Assembly: GCA_964016885.1 (NCBI GenBank)
Contig: OZ024742.1
Location: 123,380,001 to 123,444,000 of the forward strand
Direction of reading: 5' to 3'
DNA from: Eledone cirrhosa
Taxonomy: Eukaryota
Length of the DNA: 64,000 nucleotides
Each line of letters starts with the position of its first letter. Positions within the stretch are counted from its first letter, which is position 1. The notes beneath the pieces were generated by a model that worked only from the letters and a program-made list of their open reading frames with translations, did no database searches and had not been told where the DNA came from. Shown piece by piece: positions 24,836-38,360 of the stretch. The translations under genes were made by a program, and so were the position numbers.

Positions 24836-26407
24836 TAAAGGTGTCCAATTTAGCAGGGTTGATGCAGTATTGGATTGAATGTGTTGCTATATTTGTTCTG
24901 GTTCTCCGTACTCTGAATTCAAATCCCACTGTGCTCTAGTTTGTATTTCATCCTTTCCCTCTCTCACACACACACATCATGAATGTTCTACTGGGTTATG
25001 GATCTGAGAGTTGAGAGTGGGTCCATGTCTGCTTGAGACTACATCGACATCTAAAGCAATAGCATGATATGCACTAGGAATCTATACTTGTTATCAAGTG
25101 ACAGCCACAGATAGTTATATATATATATTCATTTATGGACTTATCAAAAACAAGTATAACAAAAATAAAAAAAAGTACTAAAGTGATTTTCCACTGCATT
25201 GATAGAAATGCTAATACATATTGATGTTCAGAGATAAGGTTTACAAAAGATAAAGATTTTCCCACCCCTCAAAAAAAACATTTTTAGAATTAAGTTGTAA
25301 ATTTTTCTTAGACAATCCCGGTTTTCTGATTTGTAACAGCAGTTGGTATAAAAAGCCATTTTTCTTTCAGTAACAAGTTGTGTAACTGATTTAGTTCTAT
25401 GAAATTGTTTTATGAAGATATGTCTGCAATATTAACTATTTCTGTATAGTTGAGAAATCCATTTGCTTTTCATATATATGAAAAATAAAATTGGTTCTAC
25501 AAACTGTAAATTGACTATATATGAAAAATAAACTTCTCATTGGAGAAATATTTTTATTGTACTTTTGTTTCATCAGAAATAACAAGCATAGTGAGACATA
25601 TATATTTGGTTATGCAGCTGCTATATTTATACATTAATAACGACAATAATAATAATAGCAGCAGTTATAGAAAAGAACATAATTTAGCAGAAATATATTG
25701 AGGTGTATAAGTGCATTGCAGGAGCTAGAAGACAAATTTAATGGTTCATTGAAAAGATAGCCAGATAGCTAAAGCTGCAAGAATAAATAAAAATGAAAAT
25801 TCCATTCAATATAGATTATAGAGAATGTGGAAAAGAATGGAAGAAGCAGAGAGACAGGGAGAGGGAGGTAAAGAGAGGGGGGTATGATAGAGAGAAAGAG
25901 AGGCTAAGATAAAAAGAGTGGCATGATGAGAAAGATGACAATTGTAGTGTATGAGGACCTAATGTGTACGACAATGAAGTCAAACAATGAATGAAAGAAG
26001 TAACAACTTCAGAAGAAAGAACTTCGAACAATAGGGGAGAATGGCACTGAAAGATGGGGAAGAAAGAAAATGATAAAAGGAAGGAAGAAAGTAAAAAAGA
26101 AAATAGATAGGTAGTGAGGAGATGTGGTGTGGTATGAAAGCTGGAGAGAGTGGGGAGAAATAAAGAAACAAATATCTAACAAACAAGCAATAGTAGTTGA
26201 ATTCCATGAAGGTTTAAAAGTTGCATAGATTAAACTATGATTAAAACTTCTGCTAATGTGAATCAGTCTTCTGCAGTAAAATTAATTAAACTCTTTTATT
26301 TATTGTTTAGATAGTTGAATTAATTAATAAAGATGAAAGTGAATGCATTTAATTAACTGCCCAATTCTGCTGCACATGCTACTATATATATATATATATA
26401 TATATAT

Positions 26408-27446
26408 GGGATAACAAGTTATCGTTATAGGTAATCCAGTTAGAGGTGATCCGGTTAGAGTACTCCGCATCGTGGATGGTTTTAACGTACGGCTTTGCTT
26501 GACTCAACAAGATGTTTCCATAGTTATGCAGCGAGTTCGCGGTATTTCTATGCAGGTTATACTTGGAGTAATAATAGTTAAAGAAAGAAGAGTAACATGG
26601 TTGGCTGTACAATAAGGGCTTTATTTAAAGTACTGACAATTGTTTCATTGATCAGGTGTGTCTTGAGGTTGCGATCTCCAATACATTGTTTACCACTGGT
26701 CAATACATTGTTTACCACATCAGAGCACGTAGATATGAAAATAATTCACTCGAGGCAAGACTTATATAGAGGAGTAGCGTAAAACAAAACAATAACATCA
26801 ATAATAAGATAGCGTATAATTAAAACAATAACATCAATAATAAAGCATGTATGGTAAATAGATAGAGAAGTTACAGATGTAAAAAGTGACAAGTAAAATT
26901 TAAGATAGGGTACATTAAAAAATAATAATAAGAAGAAGAAAATGAGGAAATGGAAAATACAAAGAAATAAAAGAATAAAAGAGTGAGACAGTATAGTTAG
27001 AATTAGATTTTAGTAGTTCTTGAGGAAGTGTTCTTTGGTGCTAACATGAGAGGCCAGATTTGAGATGTAGATAAATTTGTGTGGAGGGTCCGATAAAATG
27101 AAATACAATAAAATAGAGATTAATTGATGTATACTATTTATGGGTTGACAGGGCATTTGATAAACGTTCGTTGTAGATGTTTTGTTGGTTGTTCTATCTT
27201 AATGAGATTGATGGAGAGGGTGGAAGAAGTGTACAGAGATTTATGTTCCTTTGATCAGTTGGCAGTTTGATAGCTAATAGCGGTGTGAAAGTGTGTATTC
27301 TATATGTTTACCAGTGGTAAACAATGTATTGGAGATCGATTGACGCAACCTCAAGCGAACTCTAGACACACCTGATCAACGAAACAATTGTTAGTACTTT
27401 AAATAAAGCCCTTATTGTACAGCCAACCATGTTACTCTTCTTTCTT

Positions 27447-27453
<7 letters not shown>
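26408..27453 (-). mobile_element. Penelope-like derived element with an inverted terminal duplication
   Basis: Inverted arms 26574-26700 / 27310-27453 containing GAAACAATTGT(C/T); (TA)n on both sides; same layout as 42611-45660. No coding evidence. Confidence 0.6.
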
Positions 27454-27486
<33 letters not shown>

Positions 27487-27490
<4 letters not shown>

Positions 27491-28058
27491 CGGAGTAGGT
27501 AGACCCAGAAAAACCCGGGACAATCTGAAAAATTCCGACCTTACACACTTGCACTTCTCTAAGACAATGTCACTGGACCAATATCTTTGGCGCTATGCAG
27601 TAATACAGAAGACCCGCCTTGTCTATGTACAAAGCGAAACCTACAATCAGTAGCCACCTCTTAACCAAATATACACCCCAATCCACTACCCCTACCCTAT
27701 CCTCCCACTCCCACCAACACCACCCTCTCTCTGTAAAGTTCGTACCACAACATCCAGTCCAAATAAATGAGATAATGCGATCGAGATCGTGTAGGTGTCA
27801 CGACAAAAAAAAAAAAACTACTCACAGTCCACGCTGTAATGTGGTCGTGTAGGTAACACGGTAAAAAGTTCCCAGTTCCACACTGTAAATGTGGTTGGTG
27901 TTAGGAAGGGCATTCAGCCGTAGAAAGCCTGCCAGATAGTCCTATATGAGCGAGACACGGTCACCCGACCAACCTTGACTCAAGTGGCACAACTCCCGTC
28001 TAACCCATGCTGGCGTGGAAGATGGACGTTAAACAATGATGATGATGATGATAATGAT
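27487..28058 (+). mobile_element. RTE 3' end (subfamily of 12068-14886)
   Basis: YGVGRPRKT.D..SDLTHLHFSKTMSLD followed by a 3'UTR matching 12068-12465 and a (GAT)n tail. Confidence 0.9.
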
Positions 28059-29579
28059 ATATTTTATATATATATATTCATCCGAACCAAATTCCTATTC
28101 TGTTTTTCTAATGGTTTTCCCTAATAAACTAGTGTACATATGATTCAAACAAATTTAGAAATTCTATGTTCCTAAAAAATCTAACTGAAAATGTTTCATA
28201 AATACTACATAGTAGATATAAATCATATTTCGCTCAGGTGATAATAGAATACAATTTCAGTGACAGCCTATTGAGAAAGACATAACCTAATGCCAATAAC
28301 ATTTGTTTAAATATATTTGAAAGCTAATGCTTGACTACATTTTAATGAGATATTCAAATTCATCTACAAATGTAAAAATCAAAAGCAATTATATTTTTTA
28401 TCATTTATTTAAATAATTTTGTTCAAGACAGTTAACACAAGAGCAGATGCAAAGATGTAAGTATTGTATTCCTGCTGCTTTTCATTCTTTGTGTTTTCAA
28501 TCATATTATTTAGTCTGATCTTTCATGTCAGGAGTTGTGACTGGTAGATAGTATCAGCAATGGAATGGCCAATGGAAACATTATTTCCTTGGTCCAATTT
28601 GACGAGGTCCACCCCATTCAGTACACAAATAATGTCTGGGATCTTGTCAATCGATTTACTACTAGCTCTACTGTTAACTTCATTATTTGCAGGCTCTCAT
28701 AATTCTTTTCATGATTCTTATTAAATAGACCCCTACACCAGTTCTACTATGCATCCTGCCACAGCATTCCAGCTTGATTCATCATAATATACTACTCTCA
28801 CTTATTTATTCTGGTACTCTGAATTCTGAGTTCAAATCCTACCAAGGTCAACTTCAAATTTCAACATCTTGAGATTGATAAAGTATCATTCAAAGGTAGT
28901 AGATTGGGAAAATTATTAGAGCATTGAATGGTATGACTTGAGTGACTGATCTGAGTTTAAACCTTGCTTCCTGTCACCAGAAAAATAATTATAAGACAGG
29001 ACTGAGGCCTCAATTTTTAAAACCCACAAGAAATCTCATTTGAAAGCAACAAATACTACCTATTCAAAACCACAACCTATCAATCTTCACAGTGCTAAAC
29101 ATTGACAAATTTCTCTGCTTTTGCCTTACCTTAACTTTTGAAGGACAGCCTACCTCGACAAGGTTGCTTAAACTGCTGAAAATAGCAACCAAATATCAAT
29201 CAATTGACATTGCCTATTGTATTTCTTGGTACTCATAAATATATAGGATGTGCTTGGCTGGCATGCTTTCAATAACGGATCTGCTCGATCAAGTCTGACT
29301 GGGGCTAAACAATGGAAAATATCCTTTTTTATGAAATTTTTTTATTAAAGGAAACAATATTTAATTTGGTCAATAGAAAGACAAATAGAAACATTGTTTC
29401 CTTGGTTCGATTTGATGAGTTCCACCCTGCTCGATGAGCAAATGAGGTTTGAGATCTTATCGATCGAACTCTATCTCTATTAAACTTTCTAAGTTTGCTA
29501 CTTTTGAATACTATTGTGCATATAGACAAACAGGAAAGGAAAACTTTGTTTCTAGAAGATGCATAGAAGTAGTCATGGG

Positions 29580-30243
29580 GACAAGTGGCACTGATATAAA
29601 CCACTTCAAGTCATAGGAAGATTCCATAGAAGTGGCTGAGAGCTTCTGCTATCTAGGTGACTTAATTATCAGCAGAGGAGGGCACTCTGAGAGTATAATA
29701 GCTAGAATAAGGATAGGATGGAAGAAGTTTAGAGAGCTATTCCCACTGTTGACAAGAAAAGGTTTCTTCCTTAGTCCAAAAGAACAACTGTAAAATATGT
29801 GTATGTGAAGTGCAATGCATGGTAATGAAACACGGGCAGTGACTACAGAATACATGCATAGACTGGAGAGAAATGAAGCAGCCATGCTTCCTTGAATGTG
29901 CAATGTAAATGTGATAAAAAGACAGAGCTTGGGTGAATTGAAGGAGAAACTGGGTTTAAGAAGAATCTGAGGTGGTGTGCAGGAGAGATGACTGTATTGG
30001 TATGGATATGTGATTTACATGGATGATGATGAATTGGTGGCCTGGAAATGCCAGTGGATGGAAGCCACAGTAGAGTTAGACTGAGAAAGGCCTGGGCAGA
30101 GGTGCTCAGAGCTGACCTCAAATCGCTAAGATTTGCTGAGTAAATGATGAAGAAACGTGGCGAGTGGAGAGATACTGTACTGAGAAGTACCCGTCCAACC
30201 CATGCACGTGTAGAAAAAAGGCATACGAATGATGATGATGATT
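29580..30243 (+). mobile_element. Degenerate RTE 3' fragment
   Basis: [45 protein letters not shown]; terminal stem-loop plus (GAT)n. Confidence 0.9.
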
Positions 30244-31489
30244 ATTTTGATGATAAAGGCATGTAAGATATGTGATGGGTAATTGTTATAAGTTGGCGGC
30301 TTGGTTCAAATTATATGTTGAAAGTATCAAACTACCTTTCACTATAAGAGATTCTCAGAATATACAATCACATTCTCAATCTCACAAATGGTTCACTCTC
30401 CTTTCATTCTCTCTCCTTTCTTCGAGCAACTCTTCTCCTTACTTCCTTTACATTCTCTCTGAACTCAATAACCCATAAACTATGATATTAAAATTAAATG
30501 ATGAATCTGAAATTAAATGAAATAAATATTACAAAATTAATATTTCATTTGTTTTTATTCATTCTCTTTAGCTAATAACATTGGAATTTTTCAGAAATTT
30601 TAATTATGCATGCAAAATATTGCAATGATATATCCTTGTAAAAGAGATACAACAACATTTAATAAATTCTAATTAATATAACAATATTTTACTTCTTCTT
30701 ATACATTCATTGGATAACAAGACATAATGAATAAAAGTTCACAACTCAGTAAGATTAATATATGATGTAAAACAAAAAATATATATTTTAATAACTAGAA
30801 AATATTATATATTTATAAAACAATGATTTAAAACTAAACTAATGGCAATATAGAAATCATGGATGATTTGTAAGTTGAGGTGTTGGATTTACAACTGATT
30901 GATTCATGGCTCAAATTGAATCATTAATTATGAGCAAGGTGGAAAAATATTCTGACAATGAAAAAAACTATTTGGAAATAAGAAAATATTTTATAATCTT
31001 ATTCATATGTTACGTTGGTTTAGGAAAGAAATGACATATAATCTCTCTCATCATGATCATAAGATTTGTGTCCAATCTTCCATGCTGGCATGGGTTGTGT
31101 TGGGTGAGGTATATTTGAAATAGAATTCTAGAGCAGGATGCTCTTCCTGGCATCAACACTCATTTATTTGCTTTTTAACTAAGGTGTTGATCTTAGCATG
31201 TCTAACAACTAAGCAGTAAGATCTCTATTCATGCAGAACATAAACATATATCTCTGCTTATGATGTCAAATGTGAAGAAAAGGGAAGAGTCACACAGACA
31301 CAAACATACTGACATATCATCATCATTTTCATGTAGACATTCCATGCTGGCATGTGTTGGATGTGATATTTGAGGCAATGTTTCAGAACCAGATGGCCTT
31401 CCTAATACTAAACTATTTAGTCAACTTTTACAACATGCAGAGATTTCATGTACATATTCTAAAAAGCAGAATACACATGATATATATAT

Positions 31490-32290
31490 ATATTGCTACC
31501 ACATCTTACTCCCTCACAATCCCACTTTCTTATCATTCCACCACAACTCACCCTCTCTATCAAGCACACCCCTCACATTACTACATCCTCTCCCCCTTAC
31601 TCATTCCTTATGCACTATCTATCTCCCCATCATACCCCCTCTATCCACATGATATTGACCACATACCTCTCACCACTACATCCCTATACACAAATCAACC
31701 ACCCCTACTCTTTACTCATTGCCTTGCCAAATCTCCACAAACAGCTATATCTTCATACCTATCTCCCTCCCCTAGTCCTACCCACTCCCCACCCCAAGAG
31801 CTGAGAGGGCTCTACAGCTGGGTCTATGACCAACAACCTCTTGAGTGATGGTTCCACAAAAATGCACTGAGTACACTCCATAAGTATGTTTGAAAACAGG
31901 AAGAGTTCTGTGAAGTAGAAACTAAGTTGAAATGCGTTAGTGGACCATTTAGTTGTGTCAAAGACACAACAGCCTCTCTAGTGTTGGTGATCTACATGAT
32001 AAATGTACCCAATAGATGCTGTAAAATGGTCAGTGTTTGGAAGGGCACCAAGCCATAGAAAGCTTGCCCAACAAGGGGTTATGAGGACCCTTCATTTTAT
32101 GTCAAAAGACACAACAACTTCTCCTCTGCACTTGATATGACTGTACATAAGTGCGATACAGACTCCTCAGCCTATCTAGGTGGTCAGTACCCCTGCTTCA
32201 GTATTGACTTGGTCTATGTAGAGCCATCTAATCCTTGCTAGCATGGAAAGTGGATGTTAAATGATGATGATGATGATGATGACAATGATA
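31490..32290 (+). mobile_element. RTE-tailed element with CT-rich leader and ~125-bp tandem modules
   Basis: Three modules as in 24380-24835; ends ccttgctagcatggaaagtggatgttaaat(GAT)n. Confidence 0.7.
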
Positions 32291-32299
32291 TATATGTAG

Positions 32300-32625
32300 T
32301 TGTAAAGAACCCCTTCAGTCGTGAATGACCATGGGATTTGCACCTAGAAAGTTCTTCTCTGAGGCACAGGTCTGAGAAAGGTTGTTTGTGAAAGATCAGC
32401 AGTTGCCCATGCATACCTGCCTCTCATCTCCAAACATAACAGCGTTTCCCAATGGAAAGGCAATGGTTAATACAGCTTGGCACCAGTGATGTCACAGCTC
32501 ATTTCTACAGTTGAGTAAAGTGAGGCAACATGAAATAAAATGTCTTGCTCAAGGACACAAAGCATCACTCACATCCTCAAGATGGCAAAAAAAAGGCTCT
32601 AACTACTAAGCCGTGCAGCTTCACT
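32300..32625 (-). mobile_element. tRNA-derived SINE (ccttgagcaagacattttatttca CORE-like block)
   Basis: Shares the central block with the heads at 33965 and 38535. Confidence 0.7.
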
Positions 32626-32646
32626 TTATATATATATATATATATA

Positions 32647-32917
32647 CAGGGTGCAAACGATATTTGTTCGCAAGATTACTGTCTAGGAAAAATTAACACA
32701 GTAGTTTTATTTTTTAATATTTATTTATCAAACATGAGTCAGTTTGTCTTCATGGCTGGTTCTTTCGATCTCACTCGATAAACCCGCCATTGGCTTTGAT
32801 GACGGCCTCAAGGCGGCCTCGGAACCAACTACAGGCTTTTGTCATGGTCCCCCGACTTAGGCCCCTAAAGGCACTTGTGATCCTGGCCTTCAGATCGTCT
32901 TTCGCATTGCAGCTAGA
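32647..32917 (-). mobile_element. Tc1/mariner 3' end (DD37D/maT-like transposase C-terminus plus TIR)
   Basis: Translates SCNAKDDLKARITSAFRGLSRGTMTKACSWFRGRLEAVIKANGGFIE*; terminus TA|CAGGGTG; cut off at (TA)n. Confidence 0.85.
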
Positions 32918-32954
32918 TCTATATATATATATATATACATATACAAAAAAAATC

Positions 32955-33225
32955 GAACACAGACATATACATATATGAGTTCAAATCGTAAGGGACCTGA
33001 TTCGCTAAGGTGAAAAGAATACTAATTAGAGAATACTAATTTAAGAAAAAATTAAGAAAATAAATACAAACCGGAATTGTGGTAACTACCAATCACCCAG
33101 ACAACTTGTTGTTTCACAGAGTTAATTGAGGCAAGTGAACCCTATTGTCTATAGTTAGTATTCTTTTCACCTTAGCGAATCAGGTCCCTTACGATTTGAA
33201 CACATATATGTATATGTCTGTGTTC
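32955..33225. repeat. 71-bp inverted repeat with a 129-bp spacer (probably Penelope-like derived)
   Basis: 32955-33025 versus 33155-33225, one mismatch. Confidence 0.9.
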
Positions 33226-33933
33226 ATTTTTCTTTTTTATATTCTATTATAATATAAGGGTAACCTGGAAAGCAGGATATGCAGTCCAATCACCATGGCA
33301 GAAAGTGGGCTGTGCAGCCTTACCCCCCCCCCCCACCAATTCCTTCTCAATGACCCTCCCGGTCAAAACCACATGTAGTGTTATCTAGTGTGTATGTGTA
33401 TGTGTTATCTTTTTATGTGTCTATGATTTAGTAAGCAGTCAAAATTCTGCTTGCCCCAAAGCCCCTGATATATACATATATATATATATATGTATATACA
33501 CAGAGATATCCAAGGTAAGTTGTGGGGTCTATTCTGCATGAAGAACTCAATGTAATCCATATGTTGAAAGTGTTGTAGGTTAAGATAAATCCCGGAAAAC
33601 AATAAAACATTAAAAGTAAAACAGAGTCATGATATAAGTTAAAACAATATGATGGAAAAAAACAATTTGATTGGTTAGTTCTTCAACTACCTCCAAATAA
33701 GGAGAAGATACTAATATACTACTAATTCTGAATAAAAGTATTATTGCTTTTGAAAACAGCTGGTGATATGCATGTAAGTAAATATTCTCTTTATCTGATA
33801 TTATGTAACTAACCTTACATAGATCAATGACGAAGTATAGCTACAATGTATTATCATCATCTAGAAACGATCGTAAAGCAGTGAAGATATCTCTAATGAC
33901 TTGATTTTTTATTTCATTGTTTTAACTTATATA

Positions 33934-33964
<31 letters not shown>

Positions 33965-34259
33965 TGTTGGAGGCACATGGCTTGGACCAGGGGATGTGTT
34001 GTTTCCTTGAGCAAGACACTTTATTTCACATTGCTCCAGTTTACTCAGCTGTAGAAATGAGATGATAGGGACAGGGGTCCATATCATTCCACTGCAAAGT
34101 GGTCGTGGAGGTGCCACGGCAAAAAAGCACCCAGCACTCACTGTAAATGAGGTTGGTGTTAGGATGGGCATCCAGCTGTAGAAATCAAGCCAGAATCAGT
34201 TCCCGTCCCACCCTTGCAAGCAGGGAAAGCGGACGTAAAATGAAATGAAAAAAAAAAAT
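33965..34259 (+). mobile_element. Composite SINE: CORE-like head + RTE 3'UTR modules + RTE terminal stem-loop
   Basis: 34089-34203 matches 63201-63360 minus one module; 34204-34240 matches the tail type at 42241-42278. Confidence 0.85.
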
Positions 34260-34263
34260 ATGC

Positions 34264-34425
34264 ATGGGGTTTCCTTACAATTTTCATCTACCAAGTTAAT
34301 TTATGAGGCATTAGTTGGCCCAAGGCTATAGTAGAAGATACTTGCCCAAGGTGCCAGGCAATAGGATAGAACTGAAGACCACATGATTGTGAAATGAAGC
34401 TCGTACCCATGCAGCCATTGCACCT
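34264..34425 (-). mobile_element. SINE family B
   Basis: ggctatagtagaagatacttgcccaaggtgcc core. Confidence 0.8.
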
Positions 34426-35855
34426 TTTAAAGAAATAGTATATTTAAAAGGGAAATTATTTGACCAAATGAAATTATGGAAGAGCCATTTTACGTATTAA
34501 GAAAAAAACACACTTAATATCTTATATTTATATTTGATGTGTGGTTAAATATTTTGAAACCAACACACCCCAAACCCTTCTGTTTCTATGAAACAAAACA
34601 ACCCATTTTGAAGGGTTCTTATTTAAATTAAAACCTTCCAATATAATTTTACATAAGAACATTTTAAGGAAATTATAATTTTAGTAAATATTTTCCAAAT
34701 TTTTCATTAATAGTATTACATTAGGAATAGGGTAATGAAAGGGTTAAGTATTTGCACTATACATCTGTGTCACAAACTCAATTCCCCGACAGTGAATGTA
34801 ACAGTTTTTGTGTGTATTTTAAATATCTCAAATAAATCTTCCATAGTGCAATTATTTCGGTTTCAAGTCATGGTCTCATATCAAGTTATTTACCAAACAA
34901 GTGCAACTCAGAAATGAATTGCCATTCGTAGAAAATCACAGAAAGGGGATGTTGACTGTCTTTTCTATTGAGGCAGAGAAGATTATCTCCTCTTGTTTGA
35001 CAACATATAATATAGATATGTCTTCACAACAACCTTCATTTTATGAGAGCGTGACTGGTGTGAGAAAGTCATATACATAAAACAACTTACAAAAATATAT
35101 ATTACAAAATATTCATTTGATTTATTCAAAATGGCTATTTTTTTCTCTTCCATTCTATGTAGGCATTCCAAAGAAGACAAAACATAAATATAAATGGTAA
35201 AGAAAATGAGACAAAATAAAATTACAAAATAAAACAGATACGACAAATTAAATTTTAAATATATTCAGTCTACTCAACAAAAATTCTTTACAAAGAAATT
35301 CAAAAATGTTTGACTTAAATTGGAATTCAAATCACTGAAAGCATCAAAATCAAATATCAGATATAAAAATTACAAGAATAAAATAATAATACAAAAAAAG
35401 AAATGAAAAATAGATAAATAAATAAAAAATACCATTAACTACCGTCACACCAATCACGATATATGAAATGTAGAAATATGTAGAAATATGGGGTGGTGGG
35501 TGAATCCCAGAACATGAAGCATCATCAACAACTTATGTGTCGGACAACGTCACGTTATTTGAATGACATAGTAGTAATATGAAAGTATTCTTGGTTGGGA
35601 ATATGTTTATTTTATTGATTTCAATTCAGTTGAAAATTAAATAGAAAAATTGAAAGAGAGTAATCTACTCAGTAAATCTGAAATGCTTCAGCTTAGTTCT
35701 TGAAACTATTATAATTATTATCAAAATAGTAATAATAATAATAATTATTATTATTATTATTGAAGTTATTATATATATTATATATATGTATATATTTTAT
35801 TTTGCTATTAGCTATTTATTTATTTTTACATTTTACTACTCGTTGCTGTTGACAG

Positions 35856-35973
35856 AGTACTCAAAGCAGTATTTACCATCAAGAAACACAAGCAGCCAGT
35901 ATTGTTTTTGTTGCATAGAAATGTCATGGATGCAGAACAAGAAACACAGGCTCGGCTGGGAATGTTTGTCTAA
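35856..35973 (+). CDS. Candidate terminal exon of an unidentified gene (VLKAVFTIKKHKQPVLFLLHRNVMDAEQETQARLGMFV*)
   Basis: Non-repetitive island after a pyrimidine-rich ...gttgacag acceptor. Other frames are also open and no homology is recognised. Confidence 0.2.
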
Positions 35974-36124
35974 TTCATGTAGACACATTATCATGGGACT
36001 AACAGTTTCTTGAAATAATTGCACTGTCCCATTCAAAACAATGTATCTAATGTTTGATTCATATTAGGTGGTACATGTCTCTTATTTTATTCTATGTATT
36101 GATATAGTTCAACATTATATATAT

Positions 36125-36960
36125 TTATCATCATCATCAATTTCATGTACTTTTTCTATTCTCACATGGGTTGAACATGTATTTTCTCTCATACTAATGC
36201 AACACTTGTTGCTGTCAATCATCAACTTTTTTAAGTGTGATACAATTCTAATAGCAGCTACTTTACAGAGTGTATTTGGTGCATTTTATAGTGTCAACAG
36301 CATAAAAGAGATTGTAATGTGCTTACAGGACTAAAATCTCCTATTGAGCCTATGTCCTCTCTGCCCATTTGCCAACCAGTTTACAGAGTGTACTGGGTGC
36401 ATTGTATTCATGACACCAATACAAGAGAAGTAATGTTCATATCAGGACTAAAAGGGTCTCTTAACCTCACACTGTTGGCTTCATTCACCTACTACTTTAC
36501 CGAATGTACCTCCAACATTATAATCATTATCATTATTTAATGTCCATTTTCTCTACTAACAAAGGCTAGATGTATCTTTACAAATGAAATCAGTGCTCAA
36601 GTTGAGATACTGATTTCTCAGTGAGCTGGGGTCTTGCATCTTGCTTATATACAATCCCACACTCTACTAAGTGCATTTTATCATAGCACCAGCACTAAGA
36701 AGGTTCTTATGTATTTGACACAGGTGAAGGGTCCTCCCAACCATTTAATCGGCAGGTTTTCTATGACTGAATGCTCTTTGTATCACCAATAACTTTACAG
36801 AGTGTACTCAGTGCATTTATTGTATAGATCACAACAACTAGGGAGGTTGTCCTGATTTGACATGACTGAAGAGTCCTTCTGACCTTTTGCATATTATGTG
36901 CATATTATTGTGGAATCAGCACCAAAGAAGTTGTTTTGTATCTTGCAAAACTAAAGAAGA
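36125..36960 (-). mobile_element. Old RTE-tailed elements with tandem 3'UTR modules
   Basis: Repeated ctttacagagtgtactgggtgcattt modules downstream of (TCA)n tails at about 36127 and 36520. Confidence 0.6.
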
Positions 36961-37909
36961 CTCACTACATTATCTCTATCTATTCCTTTGAGTCAACATG
37001 ACCAATAGAAGTGAGAACAAAAACAGAGGAGAAAGCAGGATAAGTGGGTGAAGGAAGAAAAACGATAAAAGAAACAATGCATAGATATGTGTGTATGCAC
37101 ACATATACTCATATAAAAAAATATTGTGATGATGTATGTGGCTAGATAGATAAATAGATTGATAGGGCAGTAATTTTTAGAAAACAGTCCTACATTATGT
37201 TAGCAGTAAATAAAACAATATAGAAAAATAATCTCCTGTAAATTTAATGATATTGCCAAAATACAATTAATGAAAAAATATCTCCATATAAAACCCAATT
37301 AGATTGTCCTAAATCAGCCTATTCCTCTTCCACACATTATTTGACCTCGCTGACTCAATGTGATTCATTTCTTTCTTATAGCAAATAATTCTACACCAGC
37401 TTAGATATATATTTTTTATTCTTTTGATTAGATTAACCACTATCATGACTGAGAATTGGTATGATAAAATATATGCACCTTTCTTAATAGTTCATGTAGA
37501 CTTTCCAGAAGCTCTTCTCTGAAGGCAACTTGTTTGTTCAAATATAATTTTTTTTGTTTTTGTTTTGTGTATGTTTGTATTTTTTTAAATATCTACTATC
37601 TTTGTCTTTTTTAATATCCTTCCATCATTTACTTGCAGTAAATAAGTATTATATTAATCCATTACTATTTTGTAAAGGAGGAATAATATTTGTGATTTGA
37701 ATGTAATGGACTATTAACCATAATGTACCAGGTTCAAATCTTGCTAAAATCACTGTGCTGGGATTTTCAGCAATGCCCATATTTCAGGTTTCACTGAATG
37801 TACCCAGTTTTTGAAAGAAAATCATTGTTAGGTCGAGAGTGTTGGAACACATTATAGCATATCTAGGACAAATTAGTTCTAACTGTTGTTATTTAATCTA
37901 AGGATAGGG

Positions 37910-38360
37910 CATTAGATCGGAAGTATCAGTAGGTTGTTAAATACCATGCTTCAGTGCATAGAGCTATGTTCCTTACATTCTGTTTTCAAATCATACCAAA
38001 GTTAGCTTTGCCTTCCATCCTACGGGGTCGATAAAATAAAGTACTAGTAATTCACTGTAGTCGATTTAATTGACTTTCTCTGCACCCAAAATTGTTGGCC
38101 TTGTGCCTAAATCAGAAACAGTTATTTAACTTAAGGATGTTGGTAGACTGGCAGAATCATTAGAGTGTCAGACAAGATCCTTTGTAGCATTTAGTTACAG
38201 TCCTTTCCATTCTGATTTTAAATGCCACTGAGGTCCACTGTGCCATTCATCCTTCTGAGGTCAATAAAATAAAATAAAGTAAAATTCACATATTAGTTTT
38301 GATTTAATCAACTTTTCCCTCACCACAAAATTTCTCACGTTATGCATTAATCATAAACAG
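37910..38360 (+). mobile_element. Two tandem SINE family A copies
   Basis: ttgccttccatcctacggggtcgataaaataaagtac and ggccttgtgcctaaatcagaaac motifs; the second copy is more degenerate. Confidence 0.75.
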
